A stretch of DNA of 63,671 nt, counting the filler, from Octopus bimaculoides (lineage: Eukaryota): NCBI RefSeq assembly GCF_001194135.2. It is 4 parts of 4 records of this genome, joined end to end, with 100 filler letters (N's around TTAATTAATTAA, not from the genome) between each part and the next. Parts side by side here need not be neighbours in the genome. Positions count along the whole stretch, not along the records: positions 61,641 to 63,671 come from NW_026334466.1; 3 more parts are not named here. One strand, 5' to 3'. Positions 61,641-63,671 of this stretch are shown one piece after another (position 1 is the first letter of the stretch; each line of letters begins with the position of its first letter). The notes under the pieces are model-generated. The model did not search any database and was not told the DNA's origin. It was given only the letters and a program-made list of their open reading frames with translations. A program made the position numbers and the translations under genes.

Positions 61641-63671
61641 TCAGTCGTTCGTACGTACATACGTTAGTTCATTCGTACGTACGTACATACGTACATTCGT
61701 TCGATCTTTCTTTCGTTCGCAAGTGCGTACGTTCGCTTCTTTGTTCGTTTGTTCGTTCGTTCGTTTGTTCATTCTAATGTACGTTCGTTCGTTCTTTTGT
61801 TCGTACGTTCGTTCATTTGTTCGTACGTACCTAAGTACTTTCGTTCGTTCTTTTGTTCGTTCGTTCCATCGTTCGTTTCTTCTTTCGTTTGTTCGCTTGT
61901 GCGTTGGTTCGATCAATCCTTCGTTCGATCGTAAGTATGTACCTACGATTGTTCGTTAAATCGTTTGTTCTATCGTTCGTTCCTTCTTTCCTTCGTTCGC
62001 TAATTCTTTCTTTCGTTCATTCGAAGGTACAGACGTTCGTACGTACGTACGCACGTTCTTTCATTCGTTCGTTCGTTGATTCATACGTAGGTACGTTCAT
62101 TCGTTCTTTCGCTCGTTACTACGTACGTATGTGCGAACTATCGTTCGTTAGTTCGTTCGATCATTAGTTCGTTCGTTCATTAGTTCGTTCGTTCATTAGT
62201 TCGTTCTTTCATTAGTTCGTTCGTTCCATCGTAAGTACGTACGTACGTACGTATGTTCGTTCGTTCCTTCGTTTGATCGTACGAACTAACGTTCGCTCGT
62301 CCATCCGTTCGTTCGTACGTACGTAATTACGATCGTTCGTTAGTTCATTCGTACTTACGTACGTCCGTCATTTCGTTCGTTCGTACTTACGTACATACAT
62401 ACGTACGTTCGTTCATTCGTTCGTTCGTAAGTACGTACGTTCATTCGTTAGTTCATTCTTTCGTTCGTTCGTACGTTCTATCGTTTGTACGTACGTACGT
62501 TCTTTCGTTCGAAAGTTCGTACATACGTACGTTCGTTTATTCGTTTATTCGCCCGTTCGTTCGTCCGCACGTACGTACGTTCGTTCTCTCGTACCTACGT
62601 ACGTAATTACGATCGTTCGTTCGTACTTACGTACGTACATACGTTCGTTCTTTCGTTGGATCGTTCTTTCGTTGGATCGTTCTTTCGTTCGGACGTATTT
62701 ACGTACGTACGTTCGTTCGTTCGCACATACGTAATTACGTACGTACGTTCTTTCATTCGTTCGTTCGTTCGTTCGTACGTACGTGCGTATGTACGTTCAA
62801 TCGTTAGTTCCTTCGTACGTTCGTTCGCGCGTACGTTCGTTCGCTCGTACGTTCGTTCGCTCGTACGTTCGTACATACGTACGTACGTTCGCTTGTTCAT
62901 TCATTTCGTTTCTTCGTTCATTCGTTCCTTCATACGTATGTACGTTCTCTCGTTCGTTCGTACATACGTACGTACGTTCGTTCGTTCTTTCGTACGTACG
63001 GACCTATGTATATGATTCCGTTTGCTCATACGTACGTTCGATCTTTCGATGGTTCTTTCTTTCGTACATACATTCGTTTCTTCCATCGTTCGTTCATTCG
63101 TTCTTTCGTTCGTACCTACGTGCATACTTACGTTCGTTCGTTCCTTGATTCGTTCGGTCTTCAGTTTGTTCGATCGTTAGTTCGTTTGTACTTACGTATG
63201 AACGTACGTTCGTTCGTTCGTTCGTCGTTCGGTTTACGTACGTTCGTTCATTCTTTCGTACGTAGGTACTTGCGAACGTACATCCGTACGTACTTTCGTT
63301 CTCTCGTTCTTTCGTACTTAACAATGTACGTTCGTTCGTTATTTCGTATGTTCGTTCGTTCGTTCGTTCGTTCGTACGTACCTTCGTACTAACGAAAGAA
63401 CGACAGAACTAACGTATGTACGTATGTACGAACGAACAAACGAACAGATGGGCGAGCGAACGTATGTACGTACGAACAAACGAAGGAACGAACGGACGTA
63501 CGGACGTAGTACATAAGTACGTACGTACGAACGAACGAACGTACGTACATACGTACGTACATATGAACGAACGTACGTACGTACGAACGAAGGAATGAAA
63601 GAAAAATGAACGAATGCACTAACGAACTAATGAACGAAGGAACTAACGAACGAAAGTTCACACATACGTAC
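61641..63671. repeat. CpG-rich (TTCG/TACG)n compound satellite with orientation switch near 63390
   Basis: TTCG-dominated up to about 63389, CGAA-dominated afterwards. Confidence 0.95.

Overview
Repeat-rich, gap-ridden animal genomic DNA. The SINE families, microsatellite load and metallothionein style suggest a coleoid cephalopod, probably Octopus; this is an inference from familiarity, not a search. Three spliced host genes are readable: (1) the last two coding exons of a mollusc-type metallothionein (+, 3979-5737); (2) a complete 14-exon PYROXD1 (+, 13846-25891, 488 aa, all junctions GT-AG and in phase); (3) the last two exons of an ABCB/P-glycoprotein transporter (-, 48554-51783). The rest is SINEs, microsatellites and transposon relics: mariner, an almost intact DD41D rosa-type element, hAT/piggyBac/Kolobok-type MITEs, RTE, CR1, Penelope-like, Gypsy, and CRE, HERO and R4/Dong retroposons, plus a CpG-rich satellite that inverts near the window end. 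The most notable unannotated signal is a set of minimal type I hammerhead ribozyme motifs between 25.5 and 48 kb, in apparently different non-coding elements, with palindromic helix III typical of Penelope-type dimeric hammerheads. One is fully canonical (43434-43562). One has a compensatory U3-A8 core. One lies sense in the last intron of PYROXD1, paired with its own antisense copy. All structures were read by eye; no activity has been shown.
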